A stretch of DNA of 63,817 nucleotides, filler included, from an uncultured bacterium (GTDB lineage Bacteria; DAOPZR01), in assembly GCA_964637655.1 (NCBI GenBank). It is 5 parts of 5 records of this genome, joined end to end, with 100 filler letters (N's around TTAATTAATTAA, not from the genome) between each part and the next. Parts side by side here need not be neighbours in the genome. Positions count along the whole stretch, not along the records: positions 38,792 to 51,420 come from CAZWUZ010000094.1; 4 more parts are not named here. One strand, given 5' to 3'. Below, piece by piece: positions 38,794 to 48,472 of the stretch. Under the pieces are notes generated by a model, which was given only the letters and a program-made list of their open reading frames with translations, was not told where the DNA came from and did not search any database. Each line of letters begins with the position of its first letter. The first letter of the stretch is position 1. Position numbers and translations under genes: made by a program.

Positions 38794-40632
38794 CTGTTCC
38801 TCGGGCCCAAGGGGGAGAATTATCCGCTGCTGCGTGAACTGCTGAATTACCTGACGCAGGATCATGCCGACTGGCGCCGCGATTTCCATCCGGATGATCC
38901 GCCCACAGTCACGGCGGCGGAACAGGCGCAGCCGGCGTTCGCGGCGACGGTGCGCGCCACGCGCGAGGCGCTGATCGACCTGGCGGGCAACCTGCAACAG
39001 CATTCGGTGCCGTGGTTTTCACCCCGCTACCAGGGGCATATGCTCTTCGACACGCTGCTGGCCGCGCAACTCGGGCACATGCTGACGCTGCTGTACAATC
39101 CCAACAACTGCGCCTACGAAGGCGCGCCGGCGACGACGGCGCTGGAAATCGAGGTCGGGCGGCAACTCGCCCGGCTGATGGGGTACGACCCGGCAACGGC
39201 ATGGGGACATGTGACCTCAGGCGGGACGGTGGCCAATTACGAGGGGGTCTGGCTGGCGCGCAACCTGAAGTCGTTTCCGCCGGCGGTGCAGGCGGTGATG
39301 CCGGAACTGGTCGCCGGGCTTGACGACTGGCAACTGCGCAACCTGACGACGGCAGAGATTCTCGCGCTGGCGGACCGGGTCAAGGCGGCGGGCCGTTTCG
39401 ACGAGGTGCGGCGGCATACCGTGCGCGGCCGCGGCATGGACGGTGCCTGTCCCGGGAAACTCGTGGTGCCACAGACCAAGCATTACTCGTGGACCAAGGC
39501 GGCCGACATCTTCGGACTCGGGCAGGACCACCTGGTCTGCGTACCGGTGGACGACACCTACCGCATGGACCTCGCGGCGCTGGCCGCGGTGCTTGACGAT
39601 TGCCTGGCGACGCGCACACCGGTGCTGATGGTGGTCGCGGTCTGCGGCACGACGGAAGAGGGTTCGGTCGACGATATTGCCGGAGTGGTCGCCCTGCGCG
39701 ACCGCTGCGCGCGGCAGGGACTCGTTTTCCATCTGCACCTCGACGCCGCCTATGGCGGCTACGCCCGCGCCCTTTTCCTCGACCAGCAGGGTCAGTTCAT
39801 GCCGTACGCGCGCGTACGCGAGGAACTGGCGCGGCAGGGCTGTACGGCCGCTGACCTCGACTGGCTGACCCCGGCCCTGCACGCGTCGTTTGCCGCCATG
39901 GCGCAGGCGGACAGCATTACCGTCGACCCGCACAAACTCGGCTACGTGCCGTATGCGGCCGGGGCCTTCCTCGCGCGCGACCGGCGCATGGTCGATCTCA
40001 TCTCCTATTTTGCCGCCTACGTGTTCGATCAGCATGAGGATAATCCGCTGCTGCTCGGCAGTTATATCCTTGAGGGCTCCAAATCAGGCGCCGCGGTGGC
40101 GGCGGTCTGGATGGCGCATCGGGTCGTCCCGCTTGATGGCACCGGTTACGGGCGGCTGCTCGGGCAGAGTATGGCGGGCGCCGCGCGCTTTTACCGTTCA
40201 CTTGCCATGCTGCCGCCGCTGACCGTCGGGGGAAAGCGCTACGCGGTGCACGTGCTGACGCGGCCCGATCTGAACATCATCGATTACGCTTTCCGCGAGG
40301 AGGGCAACGGCTCACTGGCGGCGATGAACCGCCTCAATCAGGCGCTCTATCGGGAGTGCTCGTACAAGGCAGGGCCGGTCTACCGCAGCGATTTCCTCAC
40401 CTCCAAGACCGCGCTGACACGCGAAGAATACGGCGACACGCCACGCACGTTTATTATGCGCTGCGGGCTCGACCCGGCGGAGTGGGAGGCGCAGGGCACG
40501 GTCACGGTGCTGCGCGCATGCCTGATGACCCCCTACTTCATGGACGGGGCAAAGTACGCGGCGTACTGGCACGGGTTCGTCGCGGCAATGGAACGCGCGC
40601 TCGCGCGCGCGACGGCCGGGGAGGCCGGCTGA
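38794..40632 (+). CDS. PLP-dependent group II decarboxylase, tyrosine-decarboxylase-like; 5' end truncated
   Basis: LFLGPKGEN, SVPWFSPRYQGHM, YNPNNCAYE, GGTVANYEG.WLARN, KHYSWTKAADI.G.G, GTTEEG, HLDAAYGGY, DPHK (PLP Lys), LEGSKSG. Confidence 0.88.
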   Translation: MFLGPKGENYPLLRELLNYLTQDHADWRRDFHPDDPPTVTAAEQAQPAFAATVRATREALIDLAGNLQQHSVPWFSPRYQGHMLFDTLLAAQLGHMLTLLYNPNNCAYEGAPATTALEIEVGRQLARLMGYDPATAWGHVTSGGTVANYEGVWLARNLKSFPPAVQAVMPELVAGLDDWQLRNLTTAEILALADRVKAAGRFDEVRRHTVRGRGMDGACPGKLVVPQTKHYSWTKAADIFGLGQDHLVCVPVDDTYRMDLAALAAVLDDCLATRTPVLMVVAVCGTTEEGSVDDIAGVVALRDRCARQGLVFHLHLDAAYGGYARALFLDQQGQFMPYARVREELARQGCTAADLDWLTPALHASFAAMAQADSITVDPHKLGYVPYAAGAFLARDRRMVDLISYFAAYVFDQHEDNPLLLGSYILEGSKSGAAVAAVWMAHRVVPLDGTGYGRLLGQSMAGAARFYRSLAMLPPLTVGGKRYAVHVLTRPDLNIIDYAFREEGNGSLAAMNRLNQALYRECSYKAGPVYRSDFLTSKTALTREEYGDTPRTFIMRCGLDPAEWEAQGTVTVLRACLMTPYFMDGAKYAAYWHGFVAAMERALARATAGEAG

Positions 40633-40658
40633 CCGCCGGTCCGGACAGGGGGAGCACG

Positions 40659-42680
40659 ATGCAGAGCGAAGTGAGCAAACGGAACGGGGCACGGGTGCCG
40701 TTCGACGAACCGACGCTCCGCCGCAGCGTGCGCTTCGCGCTGGCGGCGGGGAACGAAGCGGAACAGGCGCGGGCGGAACAGGTGACCGCGGCGGTGCTCG
40801 CCGACCTCGCGGCGCGGCCGGCGGATGTGCCGCTTGACGTCGAGACCATCGAGGAGACCATCGAGTTCATTCTCGCGCGCGAGCAGTGCCGCACGGCGGC
40901 GCATGCCTACCTGCGCTTCCGCCTGAAAAAAGAGCAGGCGCGCGAGGCGCGCGACGAACTGGGGGAAATCGTCGGCGGCATCATCGCCGAGCAGAGCCGC
41001 GAGAACGCCAATTTCAGCGGGTCGCCGTCCGCACGCATGCAGCAGATCGCCGCGACCGCCAGCCGCATCTATTACACCGATCATCTCGTGCCGCGCGAGT
41101 TCATGCTGGCGCACGAGTGGGGCGAACTGCACATCCACGATCTCGACTACTACGCGCTGACCGTCAACTGCCTGCAGCTCGACCTGGGGAAACTGCTGAC
41201 GACGGGATGCAACCCCGGGCACGGCTACCTGCCGCCGCCAGCTGACCTCGCCGGGGCGACCGCGTTCGCCGCCACCATCATCCTCGCCAACCAGAACGAC
41301 ATGTTCGGCGGGCAGGGGTTTCCGCATTTCGACCGCGACCTCGGGGCGTTCATCCGCGCGCGCTGCCCGGCAACGACCGCGGCGCAGGCGGACGCGGCCC
41401 TCGGCGCGTTCGTGCTCGCCATCAACACCATGCACAGCCGCGCAGGCGGCAACGTGCCGTTCTCCACCGTCAATGTCGGCAGCGACACGACGCCGGAAGG
41501 ACGCCTGGTGACGCGGGCGCTGCTCGACGCCTTCGCGCGCGGCCTCGGGCGCGGGGAGACGCCGCTCTTCCCCAACATCGTCTTCCGCCTGCAGGCGGGA
41601 GTGAATTTCAACCCGGCTGATCCCAACTACGACCTGTTCCGGCAGGCGCTGCAGGTGGCCGGGCGGCGGATGAATCCGACGTTCAGTTTTATGGACGCGA
41701 GTTTCAACCTCGCCTACGGGGACGGGGTCGCCTACATGGGGTGCCGCACACGCGTCATGGCCAACCGTTGCGGTCCGGAAGTGGCGGCGGGGCGCGGCAA
41801 CCTCGCGGCGGTAACGCTCAACCTCCCGGGGCTTGCATTGCGCACGAAGACCGTTGACGGTTTCCTCGCTGAACTGGACCGCATGGTCGACCTTGCCGCG
41901 CGGCAACTGCTGCACCGCTACGGCATCGTTGCGCAGCGGCAGGTGCGTGACCTCCCCTTCCTGATGGGGGAGAAGACCTATTGCGGGTCGGACGAACTCG
42001 GGCCGGATGACACGGTCGGACCGGCGCTGCGCAACGGCACGCTCGCCATCGGGTTTATCGGACTGGCGGAGGCACTGGTCGTGCTGTGCGGCAAACACCA
42101 CGGCGAAGACGAAGCGGCATGGCAGCTCGGACTGCGGATTGTCGGGCGGTTGCGTGAACTGACGGACGCACTTTCCGCGCAGCATGATCTGAACTTCACC
42201 TGCTACGCCACCCCGGCGGAGGGGCTGAGCGGACGGTTCACGGCCATCGACCGCGGCAATGTCGGCAACGTGCCGCGCGTCACGGACAAGGGCTACTACA
42301 CCAACTCCTTTCATGTGCCGGTCGACTGCGCGGTGAGCGCGTTCACCAAGATCGAGCGCGAGGCGCCCTTCCACCGCCTGTGCAATGCCGGGCATATCGG
42401 CTACGTGGAACTGCCGGCGGCGCCGGAGCACAACCCGGCAGCGATCGAAAAACTGCTGCGCCACATGGCGGCACATGACATGGGGTATGCGGGGATCAAT
42501 TTCCCGCTCGACGAATGCCGCGCCTGCCACGCGCACGGGGTCTTCGACGCCGCGTGCCCGGAATGCCGCAGTGCAGAAGTGCAGCGCCTGCGGCGCATCA
42601 CCGGCTACCTGTCGACGAGCGACCGCTTCAACCCGGGCAAACGCGCCGAACTGCGCGACCGCGTGCCACACCCGCTGTGA
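40659..42680 (+). CDS. nrdD: Anaerobic (class III) ribonucleoside-triphosphate reductase with ATP-cone
   Basis: KRNG ATP-cone, HIHDLDYY, NCL, QNDMFGGQ, YMGCRT finger loop, TPAEG, YYTNSFH, CxxC...CxxC, RRITGYL glycyl-radical motif. Confidence 0.96.
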   Translation: MQSEVSKRNGARVPFDEPTLRRSVRFALAAGNEAEQARAEQVTAAVLADLAARPADVPLDVETIEETIEFILAREQCRTAAHAYLRFRLKKEQAREARDELGEIVGGIIAEQSRENANFSGSPSARMQQIAATASRIYYTDHLVPREFMLAHEWGELHIHDLDYYALTVNCLQLDLGKLLTTGCNPGHGYLPPPADLAGATAFAATIILANQNDMFGGQGFPHFDRDLGAFIRARCPATTAAQADAALGAFVLAINTMHSRAGGNVPFSTVNVGSDTTPEGRLVTRALLDAFARGLGRGETPLFPNIVFRLQAGVNFNPADPNYDLFRQALQVAGRRMNPTFSFMDASFNLAYGDGVAYMGCRTRVMANRCGPEVAAGRGNLAAVTLNLPGLALRTKTVDGFLAELDRMVDLAARQLLHRYGIVAQRQVRDLPFLMGEKTYCGSDELGPDDTVGPALRNGTLAIGFIGLAEALVVLCGKHHGEDEAAWQLGLRIVGRLRELTDALSAQHDLNFTCYATPAEGLSGRFTAIDRGNVGNVPRVTDKGYYTNSFHVPVDCAVSAFTKIEREAPFHRLCNAGHIGYVELPAAPEHNPAAIEKLLRHMAAHDMGYAGINFPLDECRACHAHGVFDAACPECRSAEVQRLRRITGYLSTSDRFNPGKRAELRDRVPHPL

Positions 42681-43168
42681 TCATCCGCCTCGCCGGCATC
42701 GTGCGCGAAAGCGTGGTGGACGGTCCGGGCATCCGCTGCGCGGTTTTCGTGCAGGGGTGCGACCGCAGCTGCCCCGGCTGTCATAACCCGCACACCCATG
42801 CGCTGACGGACGGGTACGAGCAGGAGACGGCGGCACTGGCAGCGTCGCTAGTGCAGCAGCCGCATCTTGACGGCGTCACGCTCACCGGCGGCGAGCCGTT
42901 CCTGCAGGCGGCGGCGTGCGCCGCGCTGCTGTCCCCGCTGCGTGCCGCCGGGCTGCACTGCCTCGCCTACTCGGGATATACCTGGGAGGAGTTGCAGCAG
43001 CGTCCTGATGCCGGGGCGCTGCTGGCGCTGCTCGACGTGCTCGTCGACGGAGCGTACGTGGCGGCGCTGCGCTCGCCTGACCTGCCGTGGCGCGGGTCGC
43101 GCAACCAGCGGCTGCTCGATGTGCCCGCCTCGCGGCGCGCGGGCCGGGCGGTGACACTGCCGGAGTGA
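42677..43168 (+). CDS. nrdG: Anaerobic RNR activating radical SAM protein
   Basis: SVVDGPGIR, QGCDRSCPGCHN, TGGEPFLQ, DVLVDG, RGSRNQR; GTGA overlap with nrdD. Confidence 0.95.
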   Translation: MIIRLAGIVRESVVDGPGIRCAVFVQGCDRSCPGCHNPHTHALTDGYEQETAALAASLVQQPHLDGVTLTGGEPFLQAAACAALLSPLRAAGLHCLAYSGYTWEELQQRPDAGALLALLDVLVDGAYVAALRSPDLPWRGSRNQRLLDVPASRRAGRAVTLPE

Positions 43169-43236
43169 AACGCGGCGCTTGCAGGGTGCCGCCGCGGGTG
43201 CTACTATCTGAGCAGTGACGCACAGGAGGAAGACGC

Positions 43237-44037
43237 ATGAAGACGGTACTGCTGGGGATCCTGCTGCTGCTGGTGCCGGCGAGCGCGCCGGCGGAGGAGA
43301 GGACGATGACGACGGACATGACGGTACGGGTGCTGATGCGCACCACGCTGGGCGACATCACGCTCGAACTGCTGCCGCAGGCGGCGCCGCAGACGGTGGA
43401 AAACTTCCTCGGGCTGGCACTCGGCGACAAGGAATTCACCGATGCGCGCACGGGCGACACGGCGCAGCGTCCGTACTACAACGGGTTGACCTTCCACCGC
43501 GTCATCAAGGACTTCATGATCCAGGGAGGGTGTCCGCTGGGGACGGGGACGGGCGGGCCCGGTTACGCCTTTGCTGACGAGATCAATGCCGATTCACTCG
43601 GCCTTGGCGGGACGAAGGTGCAGGACTATCCCGCGGCGTTCCGCGACGTGCAGCAACTGGCTATCCGCCAGCTCGGGATCGGCAGCCAGGAGGAGTTTAC
43701 CGCGCGGCAGGAGGAATTCGTCGCGGCGGCGGAGGCGATGCTCACCATGAGCGTGCGCGACCTCTACGCAGCGGCGGGGTATGCGTATCGCACAGACATC
43801 CCGTCGCGTCCTGTGCGCCGCGGTTGTCTCGCCATGGCCAATGCGGGCCCCAACACCAACGGTTCGCAGTTCTTTATCAACCAGGTGGACACCCCGCACC
43901 TTGACGGCAAGCATACCGTGTTCGGACAGGTTGTTGACGGCATGGACGTGGTCGATGCCATCGCCGCGGTGACAACCGATGCGAGCGGTCGCCCGGCGGA
44001 GCCGGTGACGATCATCAGCATCACCCGGGTCGAATAG
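43237..44037 (+). CDS. Exported cyclophilin-type PPIase with internal insertion
   Basis: Signal peptide; APQTVENF, FHRVIKDFMIQGG, GTGGPGY.F.DE, about 70 aa insert, LAMANAGPNTNGSQFFI, HLDGKHTVFGQV. Confidence 0.92.
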   Translation: MKTVLLGILLLLVPASAPAEERTMTTDMTVRVLMRTTLGDITLELLPQAAPQTVENFLGLALGDKEFTDARTGDTAQRPYYNGLTFHRVIKDFMIQGGCPLGTGTGGPGYAFADEINADSLGLGGTKVQDYPAAFRDVQQLAIRQLGIGSQEEFTARQEEFVAAAEAMLTMSVRDLYAAAGYAYRTDIPSRPVRRGCLAMANAGPNTNGSQFFINQVDTPHLDGKHTVFGQVVDGMDVVDAIAAVTTDASGRPAEPVTIISITRVE

Positions 44038-44038
44038 C

Positions 44039-44821
44039 ATGCGCAGCGAGATTGCGGCCATCGAAGCGAACCTGGCAGTGTTTCTCGGTGAGTACCGCCG
44101 CGATCCGGAGGCGGAAGTGCACACGGGCGCGGTGGACTGGGCGCTGACCGGCATTCCCGCGCCGTTTTTCAACTGTGTCGTGCGCACGGCGCTGACCCCG
44201 GCGACCATCGATGACGCGATGGCGGAGGTGCTCGGCCGCTGCCGCGCCCGTCGCGTGCCGCTGCTCTGGTGGGTGAACCCGTCGGCGACCCCGTCCGACC
44301 TCGCGCGGCACCTGACGGAGGCCGGGTTGACGTTCCTCGATGATGTGCCGGGCATGGCCATGCCGCTGGCAGCGCTGCCGGCGCGCACGGAACCCGCGGG
44401 CATCACGACACGCACCGTACACGATGCGGCCACGCTGCACGATTTCATCACGGTGCTGGGTGAGGTGTTCGACATCGACGAACCGTGCCGCGCCGGGGCG
44501 CAGCGCCTGTTCGGCGCCATGGGGCATGGTGAGGACCGCCCGTGGCGTCATTATGTCGCCTACGAACATGACCTCCCGGTAGGGACGGCGTCCGTCATGC
44601 GCGACGGGGAGGCGGCGGGCATCTACAATGTCGGGGTGCTGCCGTCGCATCGCGGCCGCGGCCTGGGTGCATATCTTACGGTGTACCCGCTGCAGGAGGC
44701 ACGGAGCGCCGGCTGCACGCTCGGCGTGCTGCATGCCTCGCGCGAAGGGCACCCGGTCTATCGCGCGCTCGGGTTTGCCGACCGCTGCACCTTCAAACTG
44801 TACCTGTTCACCCCGGCCTGA
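44039..44821 (+). CDS. GNAT-family N-acetyltransferase
   Basis: AGIYNVGVLPSHRGRGLG, LHASREGHPVYRALGF. Confidence 0.9.
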   Translation: MRSEIAAIEANLAVFLGEYRRDPEAEVHTGAVDWALTGIPAPFFNCVVRTALTPATIDDAMAEVLGRCRARRVPLLWWVNPSATPSDLARHLTEAGLTFLDDVPGMAMPLAALPARTEPAGITTRTVHDAATLHDFITVLGEVFDIDEPCRAGAQRLFGAMGHGEDRPWRHYVAYEHDLPVGTASVMRDGEAAGIYNVGVLPSHRGRGLGAYLTVYPLQEARSAGCTLGVLHASREGHPVYRALGFADRCTFKLYLFTPA

Positions 44822-45939
44822 TGCCCGGCGTCTACCGCCGGCTGCAGCGCCATCTCGACGAACAGACGGGCGGCTTCCCCGCGACGTGGAACGGGAGCGA
44901 CCTGCGCCTGCTCCGCCACCTGTTCAGCGAGCCGCAGGCGCATCTCGCGCTGCTGCTGACGGGCGAACCGCAGACCACGGCGGCACTCTGTGCGCGGGCG
45001 GGTGCAGCGGCGTCCGACCTGCTGCCGGCGATGCGCGCGGCGGGGAGCATCGGCTGGCAGCGCACTGCCGACGGCAGCGATGCGTGGCACCTGCTGCCGC
45101 TGGTGGTCGGCATGTACGAGTCGCAGGACGGCGTGCCTGACCCCGCGTTCATGGCGGTGGCGGAGCCCTACGTGCGGTCGTTCGCGTTCGGCCTGTCGTT
45201 CCTCGCCACCCGCCCGTCGCCGCTGCGGACTATCCCGGTCGGTATCACGCTTGCTGCCGGCGCCCCGTCGGCAGCACCGTACGAACGCATCGAGGAAATC
45301 GTCCGTACCGCAGCGCTGCCGCTGGTGGTTATTCCCTGTATCTGCCGGGCGGAGGAACGGCGGCGCGGCCATGCGTGCCGGGTGACGGCACGGGAGGAGA
45401 CGTGTGTTGCCTTCGGCGATTTCGCGGCAACCATCAGGGCGCGCGGGCACGGGCGCGAACTGACGCGCGACGCGGCACTGGCGCTCTTCCGGGAAAACGC
45501 GGCGGAGGGACTGGTGCTGCAGCCCGCCAACGCGCAGCAGCCGGGATTCGTCTGCTCCTGCTGCGGCTGCTGCTGCGGCATGCTCAAGGCGCACCGGCTG
45601 CTGCCGCTGCCAGCCGCCAGCCGTTCGCGCCGCCACCGCGTGGCGGTGGCGGACTCCTGCACCGGCTGTGGCCGGTGCCTGTCCCGCTGCCAGGTGGGGG
45701 CATTGACGGTGCGCCGCGGGCGCCTGCAGGCCGATGCCCGCCGCTGTCTCGGCTGCGGCCAGTGCGTGATGTCCTGCCCGGTATCGGCGCTGACGCTGGC
45801 TGCCGTGCCGGCTGACCCGCCGCCGGACGATACGGCAGCGCTGGCAGCGGCGACGCGGCAGCAGCGCGCGGGACCTTCCGGGAAACTGCTGCGTCTGCTG
45901 CGCCTGCTGCCCGGCGTCAGTGCGGGCCGCGACACTTGA
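44821..45939 (+). CDS. 4Fe-4S dicluster domain protein
   Basis: YRRLQRHLD...GFPAT, CICR, CSCCGCCCGML, CTGCGRC...C, CLGCGQCVMSCP. Confidence 0.88.
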   Translation: MPGVYRRLQRHLDEQTGGFPATWNGSDLRLLRHLFSEPQAHLALLLTGEPQTTAALCARAGAAASDLLPAMRAAGSIGWQRTADGSDAWHLLPLVVGMYESQDGVPDPAFMAVAEPYVRSFAFGLSFLATRPSPLRTIPVGITLAAGAPSAAPYERIEEIVRTAALPLVVIPCICRAEERRRGHACRVTAREETCVAFGDFAATIRARGHGRELTRDAALALFRENAAEGLVLQPANAQQPGFVCSCCGCCCGMLKAHRLLPLPAASRSRRHRVAVADSCTGCGRCLSRCQVGALTVRRGRLQADARRCLGCGQCVMSCPVSALTLAAVPADPPPDDTAALAAATRQQRAGPSGKLLRLLRLLPGVSAGRDT

Positions 45940-45964
45940 CAGTCGGGAAACCGGCCTTTATACT
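45936..45964 (+). promoter_or_regulatory. Sigma-70 promoter for the cNMP-domain gene
   Basis: TTGACA-17 nt-TATACT, 9 nt before ATG 45974; no SD. Confidence 0.7.
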
Positions 45965-45973
45965 CTGCCCATC

Positions 45974-48463
45974 ATGAGCACTGCCAACGGCGCTGCCGCG
46001 CCTGCCATCAACCGTCTGAACCTCGAGCCAGGGCAGATCCTGTTCTGCCAGGGGAGTGCCTGCGAGGGCCTGTACATTCTGCAGCAGGGAGTACTCGAGG
46101 TACTGGTCTGTGACGCGCTGCAGGAGGGGATGCCGGCGGAGCAGGTGGTCGAGGCGAGCCATCGGGTCGTCTGTATCGACCGCCCCGGTCCCATCGGGGA
46201 CACGGGGTTCCTGTTCAACGAACCGCACGCAGTGACGGTCTGTGCGCTGTCGCCGGCCGCGGTCTCGCGCCTCGAAGTCAACCCGGCCGCGGCGGACGCG
46301 GTCTTCGAGAAGAGTCCGCGCATCGCACTCGAGATGGGGCGCATGCTCTTTTACCGTTATCACCAGACGGTCTACCGGCTCGAGGGGGCGGACGAACTGC
46401 TGCACAAGCTGCAGCAGTTGTATGATAACGGGTCGCTGCTGCTGTCGTTCGCGCTGAACGAACTGCGGCGGCTGAACGGCGAACAGGGGAAGGCGGCCGA
46501 CCTCGCGGGCAACCCCCACCTGACGCGCGCGCTCTACCTGTGGGCGAAGCTCAAGGAGGCGTCGGGGAGCCCGACGCTCGATGCCAAGGTGGCGTGGCTC
46601 AAGCAGGATTTGAGTCCGCATTTCGGCGAGCAGTACGGCCTGCTGCGGCGGCGGGCCGAGGGGTTCATGAGCAAGGAACTGGTGGCGGTGCTCGAAACCC
46701 TGCTCAATACCTGTGCCGACCGCTTCGCCGGCATCATCGTCGAGGCGCCTGACACCATGCTGCACCTCTGCCGGTTCCTCGGCTCGCTGCTGCCGCAACT
46801 GAATTCCCTGTCGGCCGACGGGCGGCGGGCACTGGAGCAGGTGACGGCCAACCTCGCGGCGGGCGACAACTCGCTGCTGGGGGAAGTAATGGACGCGGTG
46901 CGCGAGGCGCGCGGCAACCCGCGCGCCGGCGACCTGACCGCCTTCCTCGGGGAACTCTACTGCGCGCTGTGGGAGGAAGTCGAGGCGCTGCAGGACAAGT
47001 ACGTCGAACTCTGCGGCGGCCCGCCGCGCAACCTGCTCGACGGGCGCGCGTTTTATGCCGAACTGGAACAACTGGCGGAGGTCGAGGAGGCGGAGCGCCC
47101 GAAGGAGGAAACGACGGGCGTCACCTACGACTGGACGGATTTTGCCGGGCGGCTGGCGGGCATGGCGGGATGGGATGACGCCGGCACGCAGGGGCTGCGC
47201 GCGCTGATCAAGCGCTTCCGCGAACTGCCCAACCCGCAGGATATCGTTGATGAGGCGAAAAAGGTGCGGGTGGAACTGGGCAAGACGCACTGGCGCCTCT
47301 ACAACGACGTGTACCTCAAGGTGCGCGAGCAGAAACCGCTCGCCGCCGACGCGAAATTCTACCTGCGCTACGGCATGCTCGACGGGATGCTGCTCCCGCC
47401 GGAACAGGCCAACGTGCTGGCGGCAGCCGGGGACGACCCGAAGCTGCCGGGCTGGCCCATCTACTATGCCGACGAATGGCTGCGCCGCATCTGGCGCGGC
47501 AAGGAGACCACGTCGCTGACCGAGGTCGGGCAGACCTTTGACGAGGTGATGGCGGACCAGCAGGGGGCGAAGAAGAAGGGGCAGGCGCAGCAGAACATCG
47601 AGGAGTCGCTGGTCTCGTTCGAGATCGCCCAGCTGCTGACCCCGGGCGCGCGCATGACTTCGCGCTCACTGGCCATGGGCTTCCCGCTGCTCTGCGACCT
47701 GTTCCTCGGCGGCGAACTCAAGGCGCAGCTGCTGACGCGGCAGCGGGTGATGGCGGCAGTGCAGCGCATCCGCGAACTCGACTACTCGCTGTTCTACCGC
47801 GAGGTGCGGGTGGTGCATCAGGGGGCGGTGCACTTCGTACAGAAGGAGGTCCTGCCGTCGATCATCCTCCTGCCGTGCGCGGGTGACCGCGCGCTCTGCT
47901 GGCAGGAGATGGAAGGAACCAACAAGCAGAAACCGGGACGCATCCTGCTCCCCCTTGTGCTGCGCGAAGACCTCGACAAGGTGCTGCTCGAGGTGCTGGG
48001 CAAGTACCGCTGGGAACTGAACCGCACCTGCGCCGGCTACAACTGGGCCAACCCCGCCGAGGGGGGGCTGACGGGCAACTACTTCGACTACGCCTGTTTC
48101 TTCCACAAGAACCCCGAACTGTCGACCGAGGCGAAAGATGACATCCGGCAGTACTTCAAGCGCTACACCTCGACCGCCGACCGCTTCACCCGCGACTACA
48201 TGCTCTGGATGCTGTACGAGAAGGACGGGGTGCTCAAACTCAACAAGGCGACGCGCAAGATATTCTTCAAGTATGTGCCGTTCCCCAAGGCGGTGCGCGA
48301 GACGCTCAACCGCTTCCCCGCCTTCCAGGACCTGGTGCGCATCGACGGGAACCTGCGCACCAAGCGCCTCATCGAGCTGGCCAACCGCGCCAAGAAGTTC
48401 GAAAAGACGCAGGGGAAGATTCCCGAGTTCATGCAGTCCGAACTGCAGTTCCATTCCCGCTGA
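45974..48463 (+). CDS. Large protein with N-terminal cyclic-nucleotide-binding-like domain and conserved-looking C-terminal region of unknown function
   Basis: GQILFCQG...LYILQQGVLEV...IGDTGF...TVCA (cNMP fold); C-terminal IRELDYSLFYRE, IILLP..G...WQE, GKYRWELNRT, GLTGNYFDY. Confidence 0.75.
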   Translation: MSTANGAAAPAINRLNLEPGQILFCQGSACEGLYILQQGVLEVLVCDALQEGMPAEQVVEASHRVVCIDRPGPIGDTGFLFNEPHAVTVCALSPAAVSRLEVNPAAADAVFEKSPRIALEMGRMLFYRYHQTVYRLEGADELLHKLQQLYDNGSLLLSFALNELRRLNGEQGKAADLAGNPHLTRALYLWAKLKEASGSPTLDAKVAWLKQDLSPHFGEQYGLLRRRAEGFMSKELVAVLETLLNTCADRFAGIIVEAPDTMLHLCRFLGSLLPQLNSLSADGRRALEQVTANLAAGDNSLLGEVMDAVREARGNPRAGDLTAFLGELYCALWEEVEALQDKYVELCGGPPRNLLDGRAFYAELEQLAEVEEAERPKEETTGVTYDWTDFAGRLAGMAGWDDAGTQGLRALIKRFRELPNPQDIVDEAKKVRVELGKTHWRLYNDVYLKVREQKPLAADAKFYLRYGMLDGMLLPPEQANVLAAAGDDPKLPGWPIYYADEWLRRIWRGKETTSLTEVGQTFDEVMADQQGAKKKGQAQQNIEESLVSFEIAQLLTPGARMTSRSLAMGFPLLCDLFLGGELKAQLLTRQRVMAAVQRIRELDYSLFYREVRVVHQGAVHFVQKEVLPSIILLPCAGDRALCWQEMEGTNKQKPGRILLPLVLREDLDKVLLEVLGKYRWELNRTCAGYNWANPAEGGLTGNYFDYACFFHKNPELSTEAKDDIRQYFKRYTSTADRFTRDYMLWMLYEKDGVLKLNKATRKIFFKYVPFPKAVRETLNRFPAFQDLVRIDGNLRTKRLIELANRAKKFEKTQGKIPEFMQSELQFHSR

Positions 48464-48472
48464 TTTTTCTCC

